This document shows, piece after piece, positions 39,649-48,525 of a DNA stretch of 64,000 bases. Position numbers and translations under genes: made by a program. This stretch comes from Vicinamibacterales bacterium (GTDB lineage Bacteria; Acidobacteriota; Vicinamibacteria; Vicinamibacterales; UBA8438): assembly GCA_965116825.1 (NCBI GenBank), contig OZ220736.1:1186057-1250056 (forward strand), in the 5' to 3' direction. The stretch's first letter is position 1. The number at the start of each line of letters is the position of its first letter. The notes below the pieces were generated by a model. The model did no database searches. It worked only from the letters and a program-made list of their open reading frames with translations, and was not told the origin of the DNA.

Positions 39649-40761
39649 TCAGCTATCCGTCGCGAGTCCGTAACTGGTGCTGCGCCCGCCGCCCGGATTG
39701 CGGACGAGGACGCCGCGGTCGACCAGGAACGCGATGTCCCGCAGGGCCGTGTCCTGGGAGCACTTCGCGAGCTTCGCCCACTTCGAGGTGGTGAGCTTGC
39801 CCTCGAAGCCGTCCAGCAGGCGGTTCAGGACGAGGCGCTGGCGATCGTTCAGGGAAAGGCCGGCCGTTCGCTCCCGGAATCGCGCTTTGGCCAGCACCCC
39901 GGCCTGGGCGGTCGCCGCACTGTCGATGGAGCGGCCAAGGCAGGCGAGAAACCAGCCCACCCACTCGGTGATGTCGGTCGTACCCCGTTGCGTCCGCTCG
40001 AGGATGTCGTAGTAGGCATTGCGCTCCGCGCGGATCTGCGACGACATGCTGTAGAAGCGCTGCGAGCCGTGTTCCGAGCGGGCCAACGCCATGTCCGCGA
40101 CCGCGCGTGCGATGCGGCCGTTGCCGTCGTCGAACGGGTGGATGGTCACGAACCGAAGATGGGCCAACGCCGCGTTGAGCACCGGATCGGTGTCCGCCGG
40201 CGCCTCGAACCAGTCCAGGAACGTCTCCATCTCGGCATCGAGTCTGCCAGCCGCCGGCGCCTTGAAGTGCACACGCTCGCGGCCTGCCGGGCCGGAGACT
40301 ACCTGCATGGGATCGGAGTCGCTGTCGCGCCAGGCGCCGACCCTGATCCGCTTCATGCCGCTGCGGCCGGTCGGAAACAGCGACGCCTGCCAATCGAACA
40401 GGCGCTCGGCGGTCAGAGGTTCGTCGTAGTGCCCTGTTGCGTCCAGCATCATCTCGACGACGCCTTCCACATCCCGATCCGCCCGACCGATGCCCCCGGC
40501 GTCCATGCCGAGACGCCGCGCGACCGAGGACCGGACCTCCCCCGCGTCGAGCTTCTTCCCCTCGATGTCGCTGCTCTTGACGACATCCTCGACAAGCGTT
40601 CCGAGCACCGCCTCGCGCTGCAGATCGAAGCCGAGCGCCTCCATGCGGCCAATCAGGCGCCCCTGCCGGTGCCTCACGTCGGCCAGCGCGTCAACTACGG
40701 CCTCACGGTCCCAGTGCAGGCGCGGCCAGTCGCGCTGCTCGTGGATGTTTATTCTCCGCAC
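39649..40761 (-). CDS. Fic/DOC-family protein (DUF4172 N-terminus, C-terminal wHTH)
   Basis: Fic motif HPFDDGNGRIARA, 370 aa, GTG start at 40761. Confidence 0.9.
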   Translation of the reverse strand: MRRINIHEQRDWPRLHWDREAVVDALADVRHRQGRLIGRMEALGFDLQREAVLGTLVEDVVKSSDIEGKKLDAGEVRSSVARRLGMDAGGIGRADRDVEGVVEMMLDATGHYDEPLTAERLFDWQASLFPTGRSGMKRIRVGAWRDSDSDPMQVVSGPAGRERVHFKAPAAGRLDAEMETFLDWFEAPADTDPVLNAALAHLRFVTIHPFDDGNGRIARAVADMALARSEHGSQRFYSMSSQIRAERNAYYDILERTQRGTTDITEWVGWFLACLGRSIDSAATAQAGVLAKARFRERTAGLSLNDRQRLVLNRLLDGFEGKLTTSKWAKLAKCSQDTALRDIAFLVDRGVLVRNPGGGRSTSYGLATDS

Positions 40762-40772
40762 AATATACGGCG

Positions 40773-40778
40773 ATTATA
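40773..40778 (-). promoter_or_regulatory. perfect TATAAT -10 box 11 nt upstream of the Fic start codon (short-leader or leaderless transcript)
   Basis: Minus strand reads gcgcTATAATcgccgtatattGTG. It lies in a locally AT-richer patch. No convincing -35 box. Confidence 0.4.
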
Positions 40779-40821
40779 GCGCGCATTTGCTGCACAAACA
40801 CGCGCCAAGGGCCGAGTCGCA

Positions 40822-41067
40822 ATGAACCCCAAGACCGCAGTAGACTCATGCGACTCCGCGAGAGCCCACATGTGCAACCGCAATCTGGTGTTCCTCAAGG
40901 CATCATTCGAAGGTGAGCCGCAGCCCGCGCGTGACGCCGTTGTGCCTGCGAACGCTCGGGGAGGTTCATTCTCGCGCATCTTCGGCGCACTCAGGGGCAC
41001 TGTGACGATCGTACCAGGCACCGACCTTGCGGCTGAGATCGGCGAAGAATGGGACGCGGAGCGATGA
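40822..41067 (+). CDS. small hypothetical protein with an antitoxin-like C-terminal tail
   Basis: C-terminus FGALRGTVTIVPGTDLAAEIGEEWDAE resembles the fG.lkG.i.i..d...p...eW tail seen on some VapB/DUF2281-type antitoxins. The N-terminus is unconvincing. Confidence 0.25.
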   Translation: MNPKTAVDSCDSARAHMCNRNLVFLKASFEGEPQPARDAVVPANARGGSFSRIFGALRGTVTIVPGTDLAAEIGEEWDAER

Positions 41068-41071
41068 AACG

Positions 41072-41323
41072 ATGGATCTGGACGCCCAACGCGCCAGACG
41101 GAGCATCAACGTGACCCGCGAGACACAGCGACGCATCCGGCTCGCTGCAGTACAGGGGTACCAGTCCATCCGGCAGAACCCGTGGGACGCCATCGAAGCG
41201 CGGCTGCACGATGACTTGCCCGACGAGATGTCGTGCGATTCCACTGCCCTGAGAGCCTCTGCGGACCCGGTGCTCGCCGAGTTGTGGGACAACCCCGCCG
41301 ATGCCGCGTACGACGACCTCTGA
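41072..41323 (+). CDS. small hypothetical protein, antitoxin-like
   Basis: 83 aa. It ends in LAELWDNPADAAYDDL, a tail I associate with small type II antitoxins. No toxin gene follows because the IS1634 end begins at about 41362. Confidence 0.3.
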   Translation: MDLDAQRARRSINVTRETQRRIRLAAVQGYQSIRQNPWDAIEARLHDDLPDEMSCDSTALRASADPVLAELWDNPADAAYDDL

Positions 41324-41536
41324 CCGGCCGCGAACGTCGTCCAGGATTCATCTTCGCGGACTAACCCATCTTTAACAGGATTCCCGACGATTTTGTCGAT
41401 TTGGGCGATATTTCGGGGGTCGCAGGCCTGCAACTTGTTGATTATAAAGGACCGAGGGTCGGTGGGACTGAATGTAGTGCCATAATCGTCAGAAAGAGCA
41501 TTGCCTCGGGGGACGTGCACCCGCTATCGTGGGCGT

Positions 41537-41852
41537 GTGTTCATTCGGCGCACCCAAACCCGGCGGACCGAAGACGGACAGCCCTACTTCTCGCATCGCC
41601 TCGTCCACTCCGAGCGCATCGGAAACGCCGTCCGCCAGCGCACCCTGCTCAATCTCGGACGCCACTCGACATTCCCCAGGCGCAATGGCCGCTGGTCTGC
41701 TCCCGCATCGACGACATCCTGGCCGGCCAGACACCCCTGGTGGCCAATTGCCCGACCGCCGTCGAGCACGAAGCGCAACGCATAGCCGCACAGTTGGTCG
41801 CCCGCGGCACGCCGGTGAAGGGATCGGCCGCCGAGTCGACCGACGTGCAGCC
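41537..41852 (+). pseudogene. IS1634-family transposase fragment 1 (N-terminus), frameshifted
   Basis: GTG at 41537. VFIRRTQTRRTEDGQPYFSHRLVHSERIGNAVRQRTLLNLGRH then shifts frame at about 41666 (cac-t-c-gac where cac-ttc-gac is expected) into DIPQAQWPLVCSRIDDILAGQ. Cut by the IS21 insertion at 41853. Confidence 0.75.
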
Positions 41853-41866
41853 TGCGCATTCCGGTG

Positions 41867-41951
41867 AAACCGATCACCCGTTCCGGTGGCAAACCGATCA
41901 CCTGTTCCGGCGCAAACCGATCACCTGTTCCGACGCAAACCGATCACCTGT
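41867..41951 (+). repeat. four subterminal direct repeats of the IS21 element (istB-proximal end)
   Basis: AAACCGATCACC(C/T)GT at 41867, 41891, 41914 and 41937, with 23-24 bp spacing. These are the multiple terminal transposase-binding repeats typical of IS21. Confidence 0.85.
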
Positions 41952-41976
41952 CGGAGCGAAGCGACGCGGGACGAAA

Positions 41977-42759
41977 TCATGAGTCCCGGGTCTCCGTTCG
42001 GGTCGACGGTCGGCTTCGTTTCCGCATCGAGTCTCCTTTCAGGTCGAGCTTGTACGCATTGTGCACGAGACGGTCGAGGATCGCGTCGGCGAGCGTCGGG
42101 TCGCCGACGATGTCATGCCACTTGTCGACGGGAACCTGGCTGGTCACGACCGTCGAGCGGACGCCGTGGCGGTCCTCGAGGACTTCGAGCAGGTCGTGGC
42201 GGTTCTCCGCGTTGAATGGGGCCAGCCCCCAGTCATCCATCACCAGCACCTCGGTCTTGGCGAGCGATTCGAGCAGCTTCGGGTAGCGCCCGTCGGCGCG
42301 CGCAATGGCCAGGGCGCTCAGCAGCCGGGACACGCGGACATACAACGCGCTGTGTCCGTTGCGGCAGGCGCTGTGGGCGAGCGCGCATCCTATCCAGCTT
42401 TTTCCGATGCCGGTCGGGCCGCAGATCAGGACGTTGAGATGCTCGCGGACCCAGCGCCCGTCGGCGAGCGAGAGGACGAGCTGCTTGTCGAGCCCGCGAC
42501 GGTGACGGAAGTCGATGTCCTCGATGCAGGCGTCGTGCTTCAGCTTGGCGCGCCGCAGTCGGTTGGTGAGCTGTCGGGAGTAACGCTCGGTAAGCTCGCG
42601 GTCGACGAGCAGACCGAGCCGTTCCTCGAACGAGAGGGCTTCGACCTCGGACGAGTCGAACTGCTCGGCGAGAGCCTTGGCCATCCCGGCGCATCGTAGC
42701 TGTTGGAGCTTCTCGACGGTCGGATGAGTCAGCATCTGGGCGTTCCTTTCAGCAATCAC
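41977..42759 (-). CDS. istB: IS21 helper ATPase IstB
   Basis: 260 aa. Walker A GPTGIGKSW and Walker B LLVMDDWG. Start overlaps the istA stop. Confidence 0.9.
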   Translation of the reverse strand: MIAERNAQMLTHPTVEKLQQLRCAGMAKALAEQFDSSEVEALSFEERLGLLVDRELTERYSRQLTNRLRRAKLKHDACIEDIDFRHRRGLDKQLVLSLADGRWVREHLNVLICGPTGIGKSWIGCALAHSACRNGHSALYVRVSRLLSALAIARADGRYPKLLESLAKTEVLVMDDWGLAPFNAENRHDLLEVLEDRHGVRSTVVTSQVPVDKWHDIVGDPTLADAILDRLVHNAYKLDLKGDSMRKRSRPSTRTETRDS

Positions 42760-44276
42760 TGGTAGTAGAGGGCGCCGCGGATGTTGTCGTGCTCGACCGG
42801 GTCGGCGCGGTCGAATTGCTCGGCGGACGTCTCGTCGAGTCGGTGCTTGAGGATCGATTCAACGCTGCGGTAGCTGTAGCTGCCGATGGCCAGCGCCCGT
42901 GTGGCGGCCGCTTCCAGGCGGGCGTCGCCGTGGCACTTGGCCAGACGCAGGAGACCGAGGCAGGAACGGTAGGCCTGCTGTGGGTGACGCCGCGAATTGA
43001 GGACGGCGGTGATCAGGGCGGCGGTCGACGGCCCGATCTTCTCGGCCAAGCGGATGAAGCAGTCCGGGGTCCATTCGCCCATCTGGCGGTGCTTCTCGGG
43101 CATGTGCTCGGTCGCGGTGGTGTGACGCCCCTTGTGCGAGGAACGGACGTGGCTGGCAACGCGCTGGCTGCGATGAAAGCACTCGACGGTGCGGGCGGTC
43201 AGTCGGACGTCGAGCTGGCGCCCGACCAGCGCGTGTGGAACCGAGTAGTAGTGGCGGTCGATTTCCACGTGGTAGTCGATGTGTACGCGCACGGTCTTCC
43301 ACTCGGCGAAGACGTACCGGCTGGAGGGCAGCGGGCGCAGGGCCGGCCGGTCGAGCTGCTCGAACTGCGAGCGCCGCGACCCCGGGAGCTTGCGGAACGG
43401 GCGCGTGTTGAGCCGGTCGAGCAGCTTGGAGACCGCGGCGTTGAGCTCGGCCAGCGAGAAGAACCTGCGATGGCGAAGCGCGGCGAGTATCCACCGCTCG
43501 ACGATTTGAACGGCGACCTCCGCCTTCGCCTTGTCCCTTGGGCGACGCACCCGCGCGGGCAGCACCGCCACGCCGTAGTGGGAGGCGAGGTCGTGATAGG
43601 TCGGATTCAGGTCAGGCTCGTAGCGATGGGCGCCGCTGACTCCCGAGCGCAGGTTGTCTGGGATCACGAGCTCGGGACAACCGCCGCAGAACTCGAAGGC
43701 TCGTACGTGCGAGGCCGTCCAGTCCGGCAGGGTCTGCGTCCAGGTGGCCTCGGCGAAGGTGTAGCTCGAGGCGCCGAGCACGGCCACGAAGACCTGCGCT
43801 TGACGCTCCTCGCCGGTCTCGGGGTCGACCACCGGCACCGTCTGCCCGGCGTAGTCGATGAACAGCTTCTCGCCGGCGCGGTGCTCCTGGCGCATCACCA
43901 GGTCGAGCTTTCCAGCCCATTCCCGGTACTGCTCGCAGAACCGGCTGTACTGCAACCCCTCGGGATGGATCGCCTTGTACTCTTCCCAGAGCAAGGCCAG
44001 CGTTACGTTCTTGCCCCGCAGCTCCCGGCGCACCTCGCTCCAGTCCGGCAGCGGACGCGACGTGTGGCTCGACGGGAGCGCCGGAAACAGCCGGCGCTCC
44101 AGCCCGGCGTCGTCGATCGCCTCGGGTAGCGGCCAACTCACCCCCGCCACCTTGGCGCGGCGCAGGTACTCGCCCACCGTCGACGGCGATGTCCCCAGGC
44201 TGCGGGCAATCGCCCGAATGCTCAACGCCGCGGCGAAGTACAGCCGCAGCACCTCTCGAATCTTCCGCATGGACAA
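42756..44276 (-). CDS. istA: IS21 transposase IstA
   Basis: 506 aa. N-terminal HTH (RKIREVLRLYF...SIRAIARSLG) and a DDE core (FIDYAGQTV...). Confidence 0.9.
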   Translation of the reverse strand: MSMRKIREVLRLYFAAALSIRAIARSLGTSPSTVGEYLRRAKVAGVSWPLPEAIDDAGLERRLFPALPSSHTSRPLPDWSEVRRELRGKNVTLALLWEEYKAIHPEGLQYSRFCEQYREWAGKLDLVMRQEHRAGEKLFIDYAGQTVPVVDPETGEERQAQVFVAVLGASSYTFAEATWTQTLPDWTASHVRAFEFCGGCPELVIPDNLRSGVSGAHRYEPDLNPTYHDLASHYGVAVLPARVRRPRDKAKAEVAVQIVERWILAALRHRRFFSLAELNAAVSKLLDRLNTRPFRKLPGSRRSQFEQLDRPALRPLPSSRYVFAEWKTVRVHIDYHVEIDRHYYSVPHALVGRQLDVRLTARTVECFHRSQRVASHVRSSHKGRHTTATEHMPEKHRQMGEWTPDCFIRLAEKIGPSTAALITAVLNSRRHPQQAYRSCLGLLRLAKCHGDARLEAAATRALAIGSYSYRSVESILKHRLDETSAEQFDRADPVEHDNIRGALYYQ

Positions 44277-44366
44277 CCTCCTGTTCGCCAGCTTCTATCC
44301 CTCCTGCAAAAGCAGGGAGGATCCCACGCCGGCGGGGTTGTCCCGCGTCGCTCAGCCCCGACTCAG

Positions 44367-44447
44367 GGTGATCGGTTTCGACCGGAATCGGTGATCGCTT
44401 TGGATCGGAATCAGTGATCGGTTTCGGCCGGAATCGGTGATCGGTTT
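44367..44447 (+). repeat. four subterminal direct repeats of the IS21 element (istA-proximal end)
   Basis: GGTGATCGGTTT-like units at 44367, 44390, 44413 and 44436, with 23-bp spacing. They are inverted relative to the 41867-41951 set. Confidence 0.85.
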
Positions 44448-44462
44448 GCCCCGGAATCCGCA

Positions 44463-45262
44463 TGCAGCCGGTCGACGTCGACTCGCTGCGCCTGGTCCGC
44501 CCCCGCAGCGTCGGCGTCGAGCAGGTCGGCCTGTGGGCCCTGGAGCAATTGGGCCTGCCGGCCCTGCTGGCCGAGTTGGGCGTCAACGGCGCGTTGCGCA
44601 CCGCGGCGGCCGGCGCCATCGTCGGGCGTCTGGCCCAGCCGGCCTCGGAGCGCGCGACGCACCGCTGGCTGCAAACCCGCAGCGGCCTCGGCGAGTTGCT
44701 CGGCGTCGACTTCGAGACCGTCAGCCCGATGCAGCTCTACCGCGCCTCGGATGCGCTGGTGAAGCATCGCGAGGCGATCGAGGCGCATCTGTTCGAGCGG
44801 GCCATGGGCCTGTTCGACCTGCAGCCGACCGTCACCCTCTACGACCTGACCAACACCTACTTCGAAGGCGAGGCGGGCGCGCAACCGCAGGCAAAGCGCG
44901 GACACTCGAAAGAGAAGCGCAGCGACTGTCCGCTGCTGACCCTGGGCCTGATGCTCGACGCCAGCGGCTTCGTGCGACGCTCGCAGGTCTTCGCCGGCAA
45001 CGTCCGGGAACACCGCACGCTGGCCGGCATGCTGGAGGCACTCGATGCACCGGCCGGCGCCCTGGTGGTCATGGACCGCGGCGTCGCCACCGAGGCCGCC
45101 ATCGGGTGGCTGCGCGACAACCGCTACCGCTATCTGGTCGTCAGCCGCGAACGCCACCGGCAGTTCGACGCCGAGACCGCCGTGTCGATCCAGACCCGAT
45201 CCAAACAGACCGTGCATCTGCACAAGGTCGTCTCGACCGACCCCGGCGAGGTCCGCCTGTAC
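44463..45262 (+). pseudogene. IS1634-family transposase fragment 2 (middle)
   Basis: ...LYDLTNTYFEGEAGAQPQAKRGHSKEKRSDCPLLTLGLMLD...VVMDRGVATE... is DDE transposase core sequence. Terminated by the IS3 insertion (the TGA is the first three bases of the IS3 IRL). Confidence 0.8.
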
Positions 45263-45322
45263 TGAAGTTGCCCCAGTTCCGCGGACACTTATCCTCTTGG
45301 CGAGGAGGAGGAGGAGTCCACG

Positions 45323-45631
45323 ATGCCGAAGTCGAGACCGCCGTACGCGGCGGCATTCCGACAGCAGATGGTCGAGCTGGTTCAGTCCGGACGTACACCG
45401 GGAGACCTCGCTCGGGAGTTCGAGCCGTCGGCCGAGGCGATACGAAACTGGGTCGCGCAGGCTGATCGCGACGCGGGCAAGCGCTCCGACGGCCTGCGCA
45501 CCGAAGAACATGAGGAGATTCGTCGGCTGCGCCGGGAGAACCGGCGGTTGCGCGAAGAACGCGAAATTTTGGCAAAAGCCACGGCCTGGTTCGCGCGGGA
45601 GACCGGATCCGGGAGGTCTACCGGTTCATGA
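45323..45631 (+). CDS. IS3 transposase OrfA (HTH)
   Basis: 102 aa with HTH and leucine zipper (EEIRRLRRENRRLREEREIL). A slippery A-AAA-G lies in GCAAAAGCC at about 45570. Confidence 0.85.
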   Translation: MPKSRPPYAAAFRQQMVELVQSGRTPGDLAREFEPSAEAIRNWVAQADRDAGKRSDGLRTEEHEEIRRLRRENRRLREEREILAKATAWFARETGSGRSTGS

Positions 45632-46581
45632 GCACGAACCAGGCTCGTTTTCGCGTCGCCACGATGGCCCGCGTGCTCGGTGTCTCCACGAGCGGGTACT
45701 ACGCGTGGCGTCAACGTCCACCGTCAGCTCGTGCGCAGGCCGATGCGGAGCTGACGGCCCGCGTGCAGGAGATTCATGCCGGCAGCCGGGGCACGTACGG
45801 CGCGCCGCGGATTCACGCCGAACTGGTCGAAGCCGGTGCCGCGGTCGGCCGCAAGCGGGTCGCGCGGGTGATGCGCGAGGCCGGCATCGCTGGGGTGAGC
45901 CGGCGCCGCGGCCCCCGCACGACGCGCCGAGAGGTGCAAGCGCGGCCGGCCCCGGACCGGGTCGAGCGGTGCTTCGAGGCCGACGCGCCGAACCGCCTGT
46001 GGGTGGCCGATATCACCTACATTCCGACCTTGGCAGGCTTCCTCTACTTGGCCATCGTTCTGGACGTTTTCAGTCGGCGGGTGGTCGGCTGGGCCATGGC
46101 TGCGCACCTGCGCACGGAGCTGGTGGTCGAGGCGCTGGAGATGGCCGTGGCGCAACGCCGGCCCGAGGCGGTCATCCATCATTCCGACCAGGGCTGCCAG
46201 TACACGTCGCTGGCCTTCGGAGCCCGCTGCCGTGAATCAGGCGTGGCGCTGTCGATGGGTTCGGTGGGAGATTGCTTCGACAACGCGATGGCGGAGAGCT
46301 TTTTCGCGACGCTCGAGTGCGAGCTGCTGGCCCGCACGAGCTTGTCCACGCACGCCGAGGCGCGGGCGGCGGTTTTTGATTTCGTCGAGGGCTGGTACAA
46401 CACGCGGCGCCGCCATTCGGCGTTGGGCTACGTGTCGCCGCTGGAGTTCGAACGTCTCCATGCGGCAGAAACTGTGGACGGGGCCCGGCCGGTGAAGGCT
46501 CTGCAGGCGCCCACGAGTCAGGTGGAGCTCGGATTGCCGGTGACGACTCACGCCGTCACCGGCCTTGCTGCGGGGGCTTGA
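45628..46581 (+). CDS. IS3 transposase OrfB (DDE integrase core), -1 frame relative to OrfA
   Basis: ADITYIPT, HSDQGCQYTS and DNAMAESFFATLE form the DDE triad context. The -1 frame stays open upstream to the slippery site (SHGLVRAGDRIREVYRF-MSTNQARFRV...). Confidence 0.85.
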   Translation: MSTNQARFRVATMARVLGVSTSGYYAWRQRPPSARAQADAELTARVQEIHAGSRGTYGAPRIHAELVEAGAAVGRKRVARVMREAGIAGVSRRRGPRTTRREVQARPAPDRVERCFEADAPNRLWVADITYIPTLAGFLYLAIVLDVFSRRVVGWAMAAHLRTELVVEALEMAVAQRRPEAVIHHSDQGCQYTSLAFGARCRESGVALSMGSVGDCFDNAMAESFFATLECELLARTSLSTHAEARAAVFDFVEGWYNTRRRHSALGYVSPLEFERLHAAETVDGARPVKALQAPTSQVELGLPVTTHAVTGLAAGA

Positions 46582-46973
46582 GGCCGGTTACGTAACGGTG
46601 CGTAGTTGACTTGGAAACCCACGGAGGAAATGGTGATCAACAGAGTACACGGCTCGCCTTCGGCTTCGCGAGACGAACCGCTGTTGCGGGTCGTGTGCCG
46701 CATCCACGGGGGCGCTGTGGAAGTGCCCGGTCTGGGGACGCCCGGTCAACGTCCTGCTGAATCTGAAGGTCGGCGAGGCGGGCGCCCCCAGCCCGTTGGA
46801 AATCTCGCGGGCGATCGTCGCCGATCACGCCCTGCACCGGGGCCGCGAGATTCCCACACTCCCACAGCGGTTGTCGTCGATGACTGACACGGAAACGACG
46901 TTCATCGGAGAATGTGTCATGATGTGAGCCCGCAAGCATTAACCCGTCCACGGGATCGGGGCAACCTCAGTAC

Positions 46974-47672
46974 TGCTACTCCGAAGAGCGAGCCCACAAG
47001 GAGCGGGCCATCGTCGAGCGGGCCGCCGACCGCTTCGAGGCCGCCCTGACCACGCTCAACGACGGGCTGGCGCGCCCCCGCGCCCACAAGCGCCTCGGAC
47101 AGGTCTGGCAGCGCATCGGGCGACTGAAAGCCAAGCATACCCGCGTCGCCGCGCACTACCAGATCGAGGTCACCCCCGACCAGACCGGTGAGAAGGCCGC
47201 CGCCGTCACCTGGACCCGCCGTCCCCAGGACGGCTCGATGGCCACCCATCCGGGCGTCTATTGCCTGCGCAGCAGCGAGACCGACTGGGACGAAGACGCC
47301 TTGTGGCGCACCTACACCACCCTCACCGATGTCGAGGCCGTCTTTCGCGCCCTGAAGTCCGAACTCGGACTGCGCCCCATCTACCACCACAAGCCGCGGC
47401 GGGCCGACGGCCACCTGTTCATCACCGTCATCGCCTACCAGCTCGTGCAGGTCATCCGCACCCGGCTGCAAGCTCACGGCGAACACGCCAGTTGGACCAC
47501 GCTGCGCCGCATCCTCGAAGGCCAGCAGCGCGTCACCGCCACCTTCCGGCGCCCCGACCGACGCACCCTGCACGTGCGCACCGCCACGCAAGCCGAACCC
47601 GGACAGCGGGCCATCTACGACGCGCTCGGCGTCGACCCGCAGCCGGGAGGCGTTCGCAAGACGACCATCTGA
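46974..47672 (+). pseudogene. IS1634-family transposase fragment 3 (C-terminus)
   Basis: CYSEERAHKERAIVERAADRFE...YTTLTDVEAVFRALKSELGLRPIYHHKPRRADGHLFITVIAYQLV... Its frame is consistent with fragment 2 after removal of the IS3 and one TSD. Confidence 0.8.
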
Positions 47673-47976
47673 CCGACCCATTTCCGGTTTGCGCGCGTTT
47701 GTAGTGCCACTCGAGCATTCTTGCCGGCGTAAACTGCTGATTCTGCAATGGCTTAGTAATACCGCTGTTAAACTTGGGCTAACGAGGCTCGAAGCGACGG
47801 CCAGCCTTGATCCTGTGAGCGCGGACGTGACGCGGGCCACCACGAAGTCGTTGTGGCAGCCATCACGAGCAATGTCGAGCGACTGCTCGTCGGCGATCAC
47901 CGGATCGCGATGTAGCGTGTGGTGGGTTGACCGAAATGTGAAAGTGTCGATGGGACTCTGAGGCTCGTCGCGCGCA

Positions 47977-48492
47977 TCACCCAGTTCCTGTAGCTCCAGA
48001 CAGGGGAGCGTTCTCTCGAACCACCGGGAAGCGTGGAGCGCCCCAACCGTGGTCCGGGTGCTTGATCATCAGGTCGATGAAGTGCGGCACCAGAGACGCC
48101 ATGATTCTCGCACCGGTCTCGACTTGCGCCCGGTTCACCGTACTCGCCCAAGTCGCACCGCCGTGAAGTAGTTGGTTGCGCAGCGTGTACAGGCGACCGA
48201 ACAGCTTGGGAAGGACATCCTTGGTCTGTCGCTCGTTGATCGCCTGCTTCGCCGTTTCCCGATCCTTGTCGAACCTGTTCTCCCAGTCCAGTTCTTCCGC
48301 CGGGTTGTGGCGATGTTTCCAGTACCGCCAGTACACGTACCTGTTCTCCAGGATCCTTTTGACCTTGGCCCTTCCCCGCCACAGAGTGGCATCGACTACG
48401 CTGTTCGAATCGACAAGAATGCCTATTCTGTCGAGATAGTCACCCCACATTTCCCACTCTTTCTTCTCCAGAGAAGTCCCCCGCTGCCCGTA
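47977..48492 (-). pseudogene. C-terminal part of an Rx4H (HEPN-like) protein gene split by the ISAzo13 insertion
   Basis: Contains LYTLRNQLLHGGATW (R-x4-H). The frame continues upstream of the listed Met to the insertion point (YGQRGTSLEKKEWEMWGDYL...). Clearly lower GC than the background. Confidence 0.55.
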
Positions 48493-48525
48493 AGGGCCGG
48501 CGCAAGAATAACTTCCGTTTTTTCG

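Larger units (their letters stand above)
41853..44462 (-). mobile_element. IS21-family insertion sequence (istA-istB), apparently intact
   Basis: Ends are TGCGCATTCCGGTGAAACCGATCACC and the reverse complement TGCGGATTCCGGGGCAAACCGATCACC. A 7-bp TSD TGCAGCC lies at 41846-41852 and 44463-44469. Removing the element plus one TSD rejoins the IS1634 transposase frame (...STDVQP|VDVDSL...). Confidence 0.85.
45263..46969 (+). mobile_element. IS3-family insertion sequence (orfA/orfB), apparently intact, with an unusually long 3' non-transposase tail
   Basis: IRL is TGAAGTTGCCCCAGTTCCGCGGAC and the reverse complement of IRR is TGAGGTTGCCCCGATCCCGTGGAC (19/24). A 4-bp TSD GTAC lies at 45259-45262 and 46970-46973. 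Excision restores ...VRLY|CYSEERAHKE.... Confidence 0.8.
41362..47781 (+). mobile_element. IS1634-family insertion sequence, inactivated (one frameshift plus two nested IS insertions)
   Basis: The transposase reading frame is recoverable from three pieces (41537-41852, 44463-45262, 46974-47672). Imperfect terminal inverted repeats: TAACCCATCTTTAACAG (41362-) versus the reverse complement of CTGTTAAACTTGGGCTA (-47781). Ends are approximate and no clear TSD was seen. Confidence 0.6.

Noticed and set aside
40966-41520. 184-codon minus-strand ORF spanning the antitoxin-like region and the IS1634 end
   Set aside because: Its composition is Ser/Ala/Arg-rich and no motif is present. It crosses the IS boundary and overlaps more protein-like plus-strand small ORFs.
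41867-44447. Regularly spaced 23-bp-period repeats that could be mistaken for a small CRISPR-like array
   Set aside because: The two sets are inverted relative to each other and flank istA/istB. They sit just inside the IS21 terminal inverted repeats, so they are the multiple terminal transposase-binding repeats of IS21. There are no spacers and no cas genes.
47790-47900. Short minus-strand reading VIADEQSLDIARDGCHNDFVVARVTSAL... abutting the IS1634 right end, possibly the stump of a gene cut by the IS
   Set aside because: I found no matching continuation on the other side of the IS (left flank, below 41361) and recognised no family, so this cannot be distinguished from a chance ORF.
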